Shown: positions 15,780 to 26,331, counted from the first letter of the stretch. The stretch is 47,783 nucleotides of DNA from a virus (IMGVR_UViG_2922289487_000003:97731-145513), one strand, 5' to 3'. Notes: a model not told the origin generated them from the letters alone. Translations and numbers: made by a program.

Positions 15780-18700
15780 TTAGTTGCGTTTTGAGTTCGG
15801 GTTGAGAGAACCGCCAGGGCGTTTCTCCTGAGCGATGGTCTCCAGGGCGATCGCCTTCATACGCTGCGCGGCTTCATTCCACGCGCCGTCAGAATTGCTG
15901 TTTGCTGTCGTATTCCCATCACTGGAGACATTGATCTCGATGGACACCGGCGCGAATACACCACTGCCCTTCACGCCGTCAGTACTGAGCGTTACCGGGA
16001 TGGAACGCCCATCCGGAAGCGGAACATAAGCCTCATTCATGGAACCCTCGCCAAACAGCGCTAACTGAGGCGAGTTGGCAATACCGCCGTTCTGATATGC
16101 CCGCAGCGGAACCACACCGTCCTTACCAAAGATGCCGCCATTAGCGAACTTCGGAATTGACGGGATGCCTTTAGTCCCGTCAGCGACGGAGGTGGAGGAC
16201 GAACCAGAGAACATACCGTCGAAACCACCCCCAGCCCAGGCAGATACCAGACCGGAAGCCACTGTCGCGCCAAATCCCAGCCATTTGTTACCCGAGCCAG
16301 AAGCATTCGCGCCCAACATGGCAAAGGCGGCAGAGAGCGCACCGGTCACCGCGCTAAGATTCTGCATCGAGAAAATTGAGGTCTTCACGGCTTGCGTTTC
16401 AGCGTCTTTGGCTTCGGTGCTGCTGAACAGACCATTTACCCAACTGCCGATCGCGTTCGTGGCCGAACCAATGGCGCTGGTGGTTTGCTGAGTGCTCTGA
16501 CCCAATCCCGCCATCGAGCTGGAGGTTTCTTTCGTCGCTTCTCCAACGGTTTTGTCGCCATTATTCGTGCTCCCCATGCGTACACCCTGGTTTGCTACGG
16601 CAGACGCAACACCGGTCAGCAGATTGCCGCTTTGCGCGTTACCTGCAGCCGTCGTTCCCATCCCCAGCACGTTCATGAGCGGCAGCGTGATCTGCGTTTT
16701 CACTACCATGCTGGTGATGTCGCGGAGAATCGACTCGGCCAGGCTGGAGAAGTCCGATTTCCCCTTCACCACGAACTCGGTCAACGCGTCGGTCATATTG
16801 CCGAACATGTTGCCCCAGCTGTTCTCAAGTTGATCAGCAAGGTTCTCGTATTCCAGCGCCAGTTTCTGCGTAGCCGTACCGGTCTCTTTGATGAGAGCGT
16901 CATTGCCGGCAGCCACCAGCTTGTTAATCTGCTTGGTATACAGTGCAACGATTTTCGGGTCAGAAGCCTGCTCGCGCAGATCCATCAGCGCTTTGAGGTT
17001 ACGGTTATAGGTTTCCTCGAAGTCGGCCACCTTCTCGCCACGAGATGCTCTGTAGCCCGCGCTAATGATGGAATCGGACTCCGGCGCCCAGGTTGAGATC
17101 ATCTGCTCGACGTTGCGACGGTTGAACATCTCACGATAGTCGTCGCTCGCATTTGCCAGGTCAGCCAGACGAGACTTGGCTTTGTCGATCATCTCCTGAG
17201 TGATGAACTCATTTGGTACTGCATTCGCCAGTTCGGTCAGAGACTTCGTCGTGTCACGCAGAGACTGGTCGAACGATACGGTCGCTTTTGAGCTTTCGCC
17301 CATCTGCCCCATGAGTCGATCTGCTTTATCCAGTGCTTTCTGGTAACTCTGGGCAAGTTTCTGCTGTGCGCTTTGCTCTTTCTTCGCGGCTCGCTGAGAA
17401 GCATTTGCAGCACGAGTCCCGGCTTTCTCCGCTGCGGCAGCATCCTGCTCACGTGCTTTGGTCAGCGCGGCAATGGCTGCGGCACGTTCCTCGTCACTCA
17501 TTTTCTCCAGAGAGTTCGCGCTGGACGCTTTTTGCAGGTTGAGCTGGGTTTTCAACTGCTTAGGCCCGATGATTGGCTGGCCCTGGAAGTCCATCATAGG
17601 TGTGCCGTCAGGAAGCGTACGCTGGTAGGTTGCGGAATCCATCTGGTTTCGCATGTACTGCGCAAGTGCTTTACCAGCAGCCTTATCGTTTGTTCCAAGT
17701 CCCAGAACAGTTCCCTGGTTGGACATTACGCCCTTACCAGTCTTCGCTGCGTTATCGCGTTCAAATTCCGCCTGTGTCAGTTCCTGAGCCACAGCTTCGA
17801 GGTGTTCCTGATAACCACGGATGCTGCCCTGCAGTTTCTGAACCTGCTCGGTATTACCCTCTTTCTTCGCTTTCTCCAGTTGGTCGCTGAAATGGGCGAT
17901 CTGCTTCTCGGTCGCGTTTTTCCGTGAAGACAAGGAATCAACGAGTTTCTGAGCCGGTTCCAGATACGACTTGTTTACCGTCTCACGAAGCGGCGCGAGC
18001 AACTTGTTCTTCTCATCATCAGACAGAGAGCGGTCGTCGTTGATTTTCTGGATCTTCTCCAGAGCTTCCTGACGGGCTTTCACAAACGTTGCAGAGAAGA
18101 CCTGATTGTCTGCACGAATTTTCTCGATTTGGGATTCTGCAGCCTCTTTTGCCAGGCGCTTGGCCACAGCCCCGTCACCCAGCGCTATCGTGCCGGTGAT
18201 CTTCTGATACTCGTCCTGATTTTTCTTCAGGCGAGCCTCAACTGCCTCTTTGGACTCCTTCACGGCGACAGGGCCAGCCGCGGTGGAGTAGTAGTTAACG
18301 CTTTCGCCAGTTTTAAGTGCCTGCTGGTCTCGCCGGATCTGCTTTTCAAGCTCCGCTGCACGCGAGGACATCTGCTCACGCTTGGCTGCCGTCATTGCTT
18401 CCGGGATCTTGCGGATCTCGTCGACGACTTTTGCCGTTTCACTGCGGAGCATGGTCATGTAGGTGATCAGTCCGGCCACTGCCACAGATGCGACGGTAAA
18501 TGCGGCGCCAATGGGGTTAGCAGCAATGAACGCCGTCAGACCGGCAAACACCCCCTGCAGGCTCGAAACTGCACCACGGATAGCGAAAATCATCGACGGA
18601 ACCGGAGCCAAACCCATGCGAGCTGCGCGGTTGAACCGGTTGATTGCCGTCATGCCCATTGTGAATGGCGTCTGGATTGCGACTGACATCCTGCCGAAGG

Positions 18701-20336
18701 TGTTCACCATCTGTCCGGCAGTGCCGATCACACCGGTGATCCCGGAACGTAACAGCCTGAACGCCACCATTCCGGCGACGACCTTACCAAGCCCGATAAC
18801 CAGTTCCTGGTTTTTAGCCAGCCACTGAGCCAGATCGCGCAAACCATCAATCGCGGTAGCCAGCCCCGACCCCAGCGAGTTGGCAAACGAGATACCATCC
18901 GCACTGTTCATGATGGAGGCCAGTTCCTTCATCCCACTGGTGAGAGAATCCAGATAGCCCGCCTGCCCTACCCGGTCGGCAAACAGCGTAAATGACGTTT
19001 GTAACTGAGCGAGCGCACCGGTGTAGGTCTGCATCATGTCTTTCGCGGCGTTCTCGTTTTCCGCACGCAAGCCAACAAACATCAGCGACAGCGCCTGTTT
19101 CGCTTCCACCGTACCGCTGGAAACGGCTTTGGTCAGTTCACCCATTGTGATACCAGCTGCATCTGCCATCGCACGCATCGCGTTAGGAACCGCTTCACCT
19201 AATTGCTGGCGAAGTTCTTCCATCGATACGACGCCCTTACCTGACATCTGCTGAACAGCAACGGCCGCGCGTTTAAGTAGCTCACTATCGCCACCAAAGC
19301 GAGCGACGGAGTCCACCAGCGCTTTTAATGAGCCATCGGTTGGATCGAGTCCTGCTGAACGGAACTTCACGAAGGAGTCGGTCAATGCCTGCATCGCAAA
19401 CGGGGCGTTCTGCGCCATGTCGACGATGTACTGCATGTCTTCCGCGGCAGCCTTGCCAGGGTTATCTTTTCCCTTGTTCAGACCACGCAGCATGACGCGC
19501 ATACGCTGCATCTCTGCCGCCGCCTCAACAATCGGCTTCTGCCAGCCGAAAAGAATGTCAGTGACCGTTCTGGCCGCGTCACCAACTTCACCCAGCAGGA
19601 AAATGTTGCCACGAAGACCGGAAAACACACTGCCTTCAAAGCTTCTGCCGCTATGCCCGGAACCGCCACCGGTACGACCGTTACCGCCGTATCCACCGTT
19701 ACCATTCCCATTGCCAGAGGTGCGAACACGTACCGGTTTGCTGATCAGTTGCTGACGACCTATCACGGCATCCATCTGGTCGCGGACTTTTTTCAATCCC
19801 TCGGCCGCCTGGCTGGTCGTGACACCCCAATTACTGAGTCGCTTGGTTGTGGTGTTAAGCCGCGTATTCATGCCACTGACTGACGTGGCAGCCTGCCTGA
19901 CCTCAGTTCCGAAATGGCTGGCGCTCCTGCTCGCGAAGTTCGCCCAATCTGAGAAGTCATTCAGTTCGGACTGCACCTTGCGAAGTGAGGCAGTGAGTTT
20001 AGTTACGGATGTGGTGGTGGCGTCGGTGCGCTCAATCAGGGCTTTCAGGCCAGAATTGAGGCTGGTGATGTTGCTCCGCGTTCTGCGAGAAGCGTCAGCA
20101 ACAAGCTCGAACCCGGCAGCTACGTCCTGTAGTTTGTCTGCCGTCGTGTCGAGCCTGGATTCAAGAACGCCGATGATGCGGGAGACCGAACCCAACGAGC
20201 GTTCAAGGCTGTTAATTTTCTGAGCGGGCTTTGTCGCCTGCTCACCGAATCTGGTAAGTAACTTACCCGCCCGGTCAATTGACGCTGTAAACTGCTTGTC
20301 TTCCAGCGACAGGATAAACTCTACGTTTTGTGACAT
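15780..20336 (-). CDS. Tape measure protein
   Basis: About 1518 aa helical Ala-rich protein with tape-measure domain (QQMSGKGVVSMEELRQQLGE); follows the chaperones. Confidence 0.93.
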   Translation of the reverse strand: MSQNVEFILSLEDKQFTASIDRAGKLLTRFGEQATKPAQKINSLERSLGSVSRIIGVLESRLDTTADKLQDVAAGFELVADASRRTRSNITSLNSGLKALIERTDATTTSVTKLTASLRKVQSELNDFSDWANFASRSASHFGTEVRQAATSVSGMNTRLNTTTKRLSNWGVTTSQAAEGLKKVRDQMDAVIGRQQLISKPVRVRTSGNGNGNGGYGGNGRTGGGSGHSGRSFEGSVFSGLRGNIFLLGEVGDAARTVTDILFGWQKPIVEAAAEMQRMRVMLRGLNKGKDNPGKAAAEDMQYIVDMAQNAPFAMQALTDSFVKFRSAGLDPTDGSLKALVDSVARFGGDSELLKRAAVAVQQMSGKGVVSMEELRQQLGEAVPNAMRAMADAAGITMGELTKAVSSGTVEAKQALSLMFVGLRAENENAAKDMMQTYTGALAQLQTSFTLFADRVGQAGYLDSLTSGMKELASIMNSADGISFANSLGSGLATAIDGLRDLAQWLAKNQELVIGLGKVVAGMVAFRLLRSGITGVIGTAGQMVNTFGRMSVAIQTPFTMGMTAINRFNRAARMGLAPVPSMIFAIRGAVSSLQGVFAGLTAFIAANPIGAAFTVASVAVAGLITYMTMLRSETAKVVDEIRKIPEAMTAAKREQMSSRAAELEKQIRRDQQALKTGESVNYYSTAAGPVAVKESKEAVEARLKKNQDEYQKITGTIALGDGAVAKRLAKEAAESQIEKIRADNQVFSATFVKARQEALEKIQKINDDRSLSDDEKNKLLAPLRETVNKSYLEPAQKLVDSLSSRKNATEKQIAHFSDQLEKAKKEGNTEQVQKLQGSIRGYQEHLEAVAQELTQAEFERDNAAKTGKGVMSNQGTVLGLGTNDKAAGKALAQYMRNQMDSATYQRTLPDGTPMMDFQGQPIIGPKQLKTQLNLQKASSANSLEKMSDEERAAAIAALTKAREQDAAAAEKAGTRAANASQRAAKKEQSAQQKLAQSYQKALDKADRLMGQMGESSKATVSFDQSLRDTTKSLTELANAVPNEFITQEMIDKAKSRLADLANASDDYREMFNRRNVEQMISTWAPESDSIISAGYRASRGEKVADFEETYNRNLKALMDLREQASDPKIVALYTKQINKLVAAGNDALIKETGTATQKLALEYENLADQLENSWGNMFGNMTDALTEFVVKGKSDFSSLAESILRDITSMVVKTQITLPLMNVLGMGTTAAGNAQSGNLLTGVASAVANQGVRMGSTNNGDKTVGEATKETSSSMAGLGQSTQQTTSAIGSATNAIGSWVNGLFSSTEAKDAETQAVKTSIFSMQNLSAVTGALSAAFAMLGANASGSGNKWLGFGATVASGLVSAWAGGGFDGMFSGSSSTSVADGTKGIPSIPKFANGGIFGKDGVVPLRAYQNGGIANSPQLALFGEGSMNEAYVPLPDGRSIPVTLSTDGVKGSGVFAPVSIEINVSSDGNTTANSNSDGAWNEAAQRMKAIALETIAQEKRPGGSLNPNSKRN

Positions 20337-20343
20337 TCCCTTG

Positions 20344-20703
20344 TCATCCTTTGCCAAAAATTTGCATCAGTTGCTCTTTGGCGTCAGGGTCTGCCTTATC
20401 CCTACGTGGATCGTAGACTTTATCGGTAACGACTGGTCTTCCAATCCTGAGTTGCAAACCCTCCATGAACGCCTTAACGCCCTCGCCATCTGCCTGGGCA
20501 GCGCGAGCGACTTGCAGGTTGCGGACATCCTCTTCCGCACGCAGACGGTCGATGTTGCGACTGAGCATCCAGAACATCGTCAAAGGGACGCCCAGCAACT
20601 CAACTGGCGACACGGCGTAGTGAGCAACTACACGACTGAAATAGAATCCGAGATCTATCGAGACGGTCTTTACCCCGGATTCATCGCGGGAAATTACTTT
20701 GCC
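20344..20703 (-). CDS. Tail assembly chaperone T-like segment, probably expressed as a G-T fusion by -1 frameshift
   Basis: The -1 frame is open from GGCAAAG (20703-20697) to the stop at 20344. Confidence 0.7.
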   Translation of the reverse strand, partial: GKVISRDESGVKTVSIDLGFYFSRVVAHYAVSPVELLGVPLTMFWMLSRNIDRLRAEEDVRNLQVARAAQADGEGVKAFMEGLQLRIGRPVVTDKVYDPRRDKADPDAKEQLMQIFGKG

Positions 20704-21011
20704 TCTTCACCAGCCGCTTTTTCGTTCTCTTCATCGATCACTTCCATAGCGAAGGTGAAGATCTGCTGGAGCTGCGGGACGGTCAGTTTTTCCAGTACAG
20801 CGTCCGGCACGGACGGGATGACCTTGCGAACAAGTTCGGCATAGGCAGTTACCTGCTCTACCGGGGACATGTTCTGGAGGTCTTTGCCTTCCATCTGTTT
20901 GATGGAGACGAACAGGCCAACGGTCATTTCAACGATGGGGTATTCCTGGCCGCCGAACTTGATACTTTTCTTCGGCGGCAGGATGGAGTCGAGATCGAGT
21001 AATTTGGTCAT
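20694..21011 (-). CDS. Tail assembly chaperone (lambda G-like)
   Basis: 105 aa between the major tail protein and the tape measure gene. Confidence 0.85.
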   Translation of the reverse strand: MTKLLDLDSILPPKKSIKFGGQEYPIVEMTVGLFVSIKQMEGKDLQNMSPVEQVTAYAELVRKVIPSVPDAVLEKLTVPQLQQIFTFAMEVIDEENEKAAGEEAK

Positions 21012-21071
21012 GGGTTAAAGTCCTTTTTAAAGAGAGGCTCTTCCTGAGCCTCTGCTTAATCAGTGATGCGA

Positions 21072-21818
21072 TCAGTCTGCCAGGTTGACGGTGACTGCTT
21101 TGGTTGCCTTCTTTCCGCCGCTATTGGCAGTGAAGGAAATGTTCGCAGAACCTTCCGCGACACCACGCACCAGACCAGTCTGGTCTACGGTCGCTTTGTC
21201 CTGAGCGTCTGATGCCCAAACACCGGTTTTGTCTGCTGCATCTTCAGGGGTGATCTGAGTGCTCAACTGTACGGTCTCACCGGCCTTAACAACCGGAGAT
21301 TCCGGGGAGATCGTTACAGTCTCAACCGGCTTTGGGCCGCTCATTTTCCCCAGAACGCCGCTGTCATCCGGATACGCTGTGAACTGAACAGAGAACACGC
21401 GAACGTCATCAGACTGGTAGGTCATGGTGAAGTTACCTGCAGTCGCTGCTTTCGGAATGGTCAGCACGTAGTCGGTGGTGTCCTGCGGAGTCAGGATCAG
21501 TTCTTTCGCTACGTCGATCAGGTTTACGCCCTGCGCAGAAGTGATGGTCACAGCGTTGTCTTCTTCGCTCAGTGTGGAACCCGGCATCAAATCAACCATG
21601 TTCTGCAACACAGACTCCGCAAGCGGCGCGGTAATAGTGATGTTACGACCCTGAACCAGTTCGGACATCGTAGTCTGCCCGTGCTGGTCGACCGTCACTT
21701 TCAGGGTCTCGGTCGCAACTTCAACCTGCACACCGCCTTTGGTGTAACCCAGATCCACGCCACCAAACGACACCGCACAGGCGCCAAGTTTGATGTTTTT
21801 TACATGGGTATTGGTCAT
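21072..21818 (-). CDS. Major tail tube protein with C-terminal Ig-like (Big_2) domain
   Basis: IKLGAC.VSFGGVDLGYTKGGV; C-terminal VETVTISP...WASD..KATVD.TGLV.GVAEGSANI. Confidence 0.88.
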   Translation of the reverse strand: MTNTHVKNIKLGACAVSFGGVDLGYTKGGVQVEVATETLKVTVDQHGQTTMSELVQGRNITITAPLAESVLQNMVDLMPGSTLSEEDNAVTITSAQGVNLIDVAKELILTPQDTTDYVLTIPKAATAGNFTMTYQSDDVRVFSVQFTAYPDDSGVLGKMSGPKPVETVTISPESPVVKAGETVQLSTQITPEDAADKTGVWASDAQDKATVDQTGLVRGVAEGSANISFTANSGGKKATKAVTVNLAD

Positions 21819-21868
21819 TGTTGGAAAACTCCTTTTTCCGTTGAACAAGCACATTCATTGTGCCAATG

Positions 21869-21888
21869 ATAAGTATATACTTACTTAT
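21869..21888. promoter_or_regulatory. 20-bp palindromic motif copy upstream of the major tail gene
   Basis: ATAAGTATATACTTACTTAT; on the minus strand runs into TATCAT (-10-like). Confidence 0.75.
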
Positions 21889-21892
21889 TTTA

Positions 21893-22276
21893 TTAATTCA
21901 ATAAATAGCCCGCAAATTCAATGGGTATGCCTGACTCAATCAACGCTCCTTCGTTCTTTGGATAGATGATTGGCATTGCCATTGGACGAACCAGACGAAA
22001 ATAAACACCACCTGACTCCGCCTCTTCAATTGGGAAAATAGCCATGATCTGATTTGCTTTCTCGACGGCCTTCGTGATTGTCGAATTACGGACGATGATG
22101 GTGCAGGAATCGTGATAGAACCCCTGCAACTCATGATCGATTTTGACGCCAGTGTTTGGATTCACCAGCAGCACGCCCGACTTCACATCCGCTGGCATGT
22201 AATGACAAAAGATGTTTGTCCCGACAGTACCAATCTTCGCCTTTTGCATCAGGCCAGCAATCGCTTCAATAAACAC
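21893..22276 (-). CDS. Tail terminator / completion protein
   Basis: Position directly upstream of the major tail gene; GTG start with GAGG RBS. Confidence 0.65.
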   Translation of the reverse strand: MFIEAIAGLMQKAKIGTVGTNIFCHYMPADVKSGVLLVNPNTGVKIDHELQGFYHDSCTIIVRNSTITKAVEKANQIMAIFPIEEAESGGVYFRLVRPMAMPIIYPKNEGALIESGIPIEFAGYLLN

Positions 22277-22277
22277 A

Positions 22278-22751
22278 TCAACCTCTCGTAAAACCTGCTT
22301 TCCTTGCCGCTTCCGCAATGGTCTGGGAGAACTGTTTCTCGCTAATCTGGACGGCTCTTTCAAGGAACAGCGGCCCAACGCGAGGTTTGACACCAGCAAT
22401 CGGTGGATTGGTGACACTCTTCATGCGTGACAGGTAGCCAAGACGATATTTCCCCAACTCCATGTACTCGGCATAGTCGCCAACCTCCACTCCCGGATGC
22501 CCCTCGCGAGGCTTTGCTCCGGACACAGTCAGCTCAATGCGCAATCCGGTGTAACCCTCTTTCACCACTCTGGCGAAGATCGCACTCTCAAGCGACCCCG
22601 TCTCAAGCGGGGCCATTGCTCTCGCCAGACGTTCAACCAGACGCGCCAATTTCTCCATATCCCGAATGAGATATCGCTTGAACGCTTTCTGGCTATTGTT
22701 GAGGCGTTCACCCGCTCGCTTGAACTGGTGGGCGTCATATTTCAGACCCAT
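22278..22751 (-). CDS. Tail completion / neck protein (HK97 gp10-like)
   Basis: ARAMAPLETGSL, YAEYMELG, FLERA motifs; synteny. Confidence 0.7.
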   Translation of the reverse strand: MGLKYDAHQFKRAGERLNNSQKAFKRYLIRDMEKLARLVERLARAMAPLETGSLESAIFARVVKEGYTGLRIELTVSGAKPREGHPGVEVGDYAEYMELGKYRLGYLSRMKSVTNPPIAGVKPRVGPLFLERAVQISEKQFSQTIAEAARKAGFTRG

Positions 22752-23086
22752 ATGTTTGCTCCGATCTCAAGATGGCCAGGGCGCCCACGCAACCCCCAGC
22801 GACGATGAACGCTGGAGACTTTCAGTTTCTGCCCATCAAGAATCAGCACGTCATCCAGTTGCACCGCAGCTTCAAGTGGAATGATCAGAACCGCATCGAA
22901 GAGTTCCAGATTCGCTTTACCACGGCTGCCGGAACTGTCCGCGCGTACCGATGACTTCTCGTTACTCTGCTCAAACTTTACGACGCCGACGTTCGTCTTC
23001 CTGACGAACTGCAATTGCGCTTCACCGTAGGCGTTTTTCGCGCCGAAACGGTAAATCGACAACTCGGCTTGCCATGAAATGTTCAT
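22742..23086 (-). CDS. Head-closure / head-tail adaptor protein
   Basis: KNAYGE near the N-terminus, beta-rich, GHLEI at the end; synteny. Confidence 0.65.
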   Translation of the reverse strand: MNISWQAELSIYRFGAKNAYGEAQLQFVRKTNVGVVKFEQSNEKSSVRADSSGSRGKANLELFDAVLIIPLEAAVQLDDVLILDGQKLKVSSVHRRWGLRGRPGHLEIGANIWV

Positions 23087-23183
23087 CCAATCTCCCTTTT
23101 CATGGTCGTCGCACGCTTCACCAGGCGAAGGCGCGATTTCTCGTCTTAAGCCTTTCGACCAGAAGTAAACCATGCGACGAGCG

Positions 23184-24017
23184 TTACGCACGACGGACAA
23201 TCATGCGGTTGTTGATGTAGCCGGTCAGCAGTCGCCATGTACTGCGAGCCACACGAACATTTGCCGCTTTGCCAGTACGATACATATTGGTGGTTTCACC
23301 AATGGACTCAGACAAAATGCCGTCTTCGCGGGCTGTCGCCACGTCATTACCGTTGGCGATCTCACAGGCTTCGTTAACCGCAGCCAGCATTAGTGCCTGT
23401 TTGAAGTAGTCCGGGAACGCATCAAACTGTTCCTGCGTAATCCGATCCCAATCGACAATATCGTGCCGATATACACCATCAGCGCCCCACGGAATGTCGT
23501 AGACATTCAGCATGTTTTGCGGACGATCGTACCGGTCAAAATCGATACGCAGAATTTTGCGAAGAGAGAACGGCAGCGTTTTAATGCGTCTGGTCGCCTC
23601 GATAAGACGCTTTCGCATTAGCCCATCGCCGTCTGCCAGCAATGTGTCTCCATTGAGCATATCGATAGCCTGCATCTGGGCATCTGCCACGGTTGCAAAC
23701 GACATCGAAGGGACAGAAAGCTCAAAGCTGTTCAGCAGGACATACATCCTGCGTTCTTCGTGCGTCAGCCCGCTGGCGGTGGCCTTCACAATGACATGGC
23801 GAAGATCGCGCTCTTTGTCAGAAAGCTGGTTGTACTCAGCCGACACGACGACCGGAATAGACATCTGGCCCGGAGAGACCTCAACAGGTACGTTTTCAAC
23901 GATAAGCGCCCCGGTGCTGTCTTTGACGCTGTAGGTGGCTGATTCAATATCCAGTACGTTAAATGCAAACGACAGAGATACAGCTTCCCCGCTACGGTAC
24001 GTGTCGATCTGCGCCAT
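23184..24017 (-). CDS. Head-tail connector protein (with extra N-terminal domain)
   Basis: FATVADA, ILSESIGET motifs; synteny. Confidence 0.6.
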   Translation of the reverse strand: MAQIDTYRSGEAVSLSFAFNVLDIESATYSVKDSTGALIVENVPVEVSPGQMSIPVVVSAEYNQLSDKERDLRHVIVKATASGLTHEERRMYVLLNSFELSVPSMSFATVADAQMQAIDMLNGDTLLADGDGLMRKRLIEATRRIKTLPFSLRKILRIDFDRYDRPQNMLNVYDIPWGADGVYRHDIVDWDRITQEQFDAFPDYFKQALMLAAVNEACEIANGNDVATAREDGILSESIGETTNMYRTGKAANVRVARSTWRLLTGYINNRMIVRRA

Positions 24018-24451
24018 TACTCACCGCCCTGTGCTTTCAGGATGCCTTCGATCATTTCAACAATGCCTTTGGCTTTCACGCCCATCGGCTTACCGATTTG
24101 ACGCAGTCCGGCAATGCCTTCGCAGTCTGCAATGGACTCCAGTTCTTCCCGCGTAAAGCGCTGGACCGGTTTGGACTCATCTTCGCCCGTGCCACGCTTC
24201 ATAGGGGCGATTTCTGGGGCAGACGGCTCAACGATTTGGTCAGCGACCAGACTGCCACGTTCAGCAAATGCGGCAGATGGGGAGACGTTGTGCCCGTCAG
24301 TCGTGGTTGCACGCATGGATGCGCAAATACGCTGTTGATCGATAAACGGCATCTCAGAGACAGACACTCCATTTTCAAACTGAATGCCACACAGGAGGCC
24401 TGTATAGCTCGCAAACTGCGGTTCGAGAATGCGGATTTTTGCTGGTTTCAT
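24017..24451 (-). CDS. Hypothetical head morphogenesis protein (144 aa)
   Basis: Downstream of the capsid gene, coupled to the connector gene. Confidence 0.6.
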   Translation of the reverse strand: MKPAKIRILEPQFASYTGLLCGIQFENGVSVSEMPFIDQQRICASMRATTTDGHNVSPSAAFAERGSLVADQIVEPSAPEIAPMKRGTGEDESKPVQRFTREELESIADCEGIAGLRQIGKPMGVKAKGIVEMIEGILKAQGGE

Positions 24452-24465
24452 CGTATGACTCCTAC

Positions 24466-24490
24466 AAAAAAGGTGGGCGTATAGCCCACT
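24466..24490 (-). terminator. Intrinsic terminator after the major capsid gene
   Basis: Minus strand AGTGGGC-TATAC-GCCCACC-TTTTTT. Confidence 0.7.
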
Positions 24491-24498
24491 CTTGATAT

Positions 24499-24518
24499 AT
24501 AGGTAAGTAATTACCTAT
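24499..24518. promoter_or_regulatory. 20-bp palindromic motif copy
   Basis: ATAGGTAAGTAATTACCTAT, near-perfect palindrome. Confidence 0.75.
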
Positions 24519-24526
24519 TAAACTGA

Positions 24527-25408
24527 TCAAATTTTAACGTTGGTCAGTGCCGCGATTGCCTTGTCGTGTTTGTTCGCCAGAGAGCAGTACCATTTCACAC
24601 GAGTACGGACTGCGTCTTTGTTCTGAACAGTACCGATGTTTTCAACCACGATACCGGCATTTTCACCACCATACAGACCTGTTACACCATTCTCTTCGGA
24701 CAGGTGCAGACAGTAGATGTTTGCCGCGTCGTTTTCTTCGGTCTTCGGAATGAAGTCGTTGATGATGAACGGAACCCCGTTATGGCACAGCATCGGACGA
24801 CCGAAGTTTTCCATCATGATTTCAGACGGGCCTACATTAACAGTACGCAGCAGAGCACGATATGCGCGCAGGTGTTCGGAGCGCATCATGATGCAGTCAG
24901 CACCCAGGTCTTTCACCGCATCAACCAGTTCATCGAACATGGAGAAGGTCATAGCAGCCTTCGCGATGTCGATTTTCTGGTCGTCGATCATCAGCTTAGG
25001 AATACCGTCGAATGCTTTGGTGTTGGTGGTGGAGTCGCCCAGAATCAGGTTGCGACGGAATGCACGTGCCAGACCTTTCACCTTCTGACGAACCTGGACA
25101 GCCAGCTGGTTGTTGGTATCAGACATGGTAGTTGCCAGGAATTTGTCGACGTCAACGTCGCCTGCCAGAATGCGCAGCTTCGCAACGTGTTCGGTGAAGG
25201 TTGCAGCGCCTTCGGTGATAGTGTCGTTCACATCAATGAAGGTCGCTTCGCTCAGAGTAGCTTCACGGTTGTAAAGATACGCTTTGGAGTCAATCTTCAT
25301 GAACGGCAGGACAGCGAACAGGTCGTCGCGGTCGATAATGGTCTCGATCACGCCCTGCTCAAGTTCGTTATTAGACAGCTTTTCAGCTTCTTCACGCAGT
25401 AATGGCAT
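24527..25408 (-). CDS. Major capsid protein (HK97 fold)
   Basis: 293 aa after the scaffold; E-loop-like YLYNRE, TKAFDGI, intergenic signals of strong expression. Confidence 0.85.
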   Translation of the reverse strand: MPLLREEAEKLSNNELEQGVIETIIDRDDLFAVLPFMKIDSKAYLYNREATLSEATFIDVNDTITEGAATFTEHVAKLRILAGDVDVDKFLATTMSDTNNQLAVQVRQKVKGLARAFRRNLILGDSTTNTKAFDGIPKLMIDDQKIDIAKAAMTFSMFDELVDAVKDLGADCIMMRSEHLRAYRALLRTVNVGPSEIMMENFGRPMLCHNGVPFIINDFIPKTEENDAANIYCLHLSEENGVTGLYGGENAGIVVENIGTVQNKDAVRTRVKWYCSLANKHDKAIAALTNVKI

Positions 25409-25434
25409 CTTTCATTTCCCTATGATCTAAGATG

Positions 25435-26331
25435 TTACTTGAGTCCGATTTTCCCCAGACCGGAAGCCAACTTATCCATTGTCGACTTGTTCTTCGGCTG
25501 GTTAACTTTATGGGTCGGTTTACTATTTGAACCTGCACCCTGCTTGGCTTCGCTGCGCATCAATGCGTCAGCTTCCGGATCGGCACGCAGAATGCGTTCA
25601 ATCGCGGATTCGAACGGCAACGGCTTGCCTTCACCGTCAACCAGAACTGCACGTTCCTTCTGACCGGCCGGCTTGTCATAGCCAACAACGTTACCGTCTT
25701 CACCCACTTCGAAATGAGAGCCGTAGATAACGCGGGCTTTCGCCGGAGTCATCAGAACTTTGTCACGCAGGAAAGCAGAGCTACTGAAAGAGGCTCCAAC
25801 GGTCATTTCAACCAGCTGGGATTTCAGCGCGGCGTTTTCTTTCTCCAGAGCGGAGTAACGTTTATCTCGCTCGGCCAGTTCCGTCTGGTGTGCTTCAATC
25901 ATCTGTTTTTTCACAGCATCGAACTCACCACGACGTTCCATTTCAGCCTGTTCTGCTTTACGACGTGCGTCCTCTGCGGCCTGTTCTGCTTCCAGCAGCT
26001 GACGGGCACGCTCAGGGTCAATATCACCGTACTTAGCCAACTGATCGGTCAAAGAGCGCTCTTTCTCCTTGCGCTTCATGTTCTCTTTCAGCAGGTCAGC
26101 ACCGGCTTTCTTGGATTTACGCAGCTCGGCCAGCAACTCTTCCTGAGTCATGTTGGCGTACTCGTCATCCGCATTACCCGGTTGCTCTTTTTGCTCGCCC
26201 TGTTTGCCTGGGTCTTCCTTACCCTGCTCGTTTTCCCCGGCAGGAGTCCCGGCAGCAGCGCCACCACGCTCATGCCCTTCAGCTACATCCATCAGGCCAC
26301 GACGGGCCAAAAGCATTTGCCACAGATTCAT
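25435..26331 (-). CDS. Capsid scaffolding protein
   Basis: Charged coiled-coil protein between portal and capsid; C-terminal GAGS...LASGL. Confidence 0.8.
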   Translation of the reverse strand: MNLWQMLLARRGLMDVAEGHERGGAAAGTPAGENEQGKEDPGKQGEQKEQPGNADDEYANMTQEELLAELRKSKKAGADLLKENMKRKEKERSLTDQLAKYGDIDPERARQLLEAEQAAEDARRKAEQAEMERRGEFDAVKKQMIEAHQTELAERDKRYSALEKENAALKSQLVEMTVGASFSSSAFLRDKVLMTPAKARVIYGSHFEVGEDGNVVGYDKPAGQKERAVLVDGEGKPLPFESAIERILRADPEADALMRSEAKQGAGSNSKPTHKVNQPKNKSTMDKLASGLGKIGLK

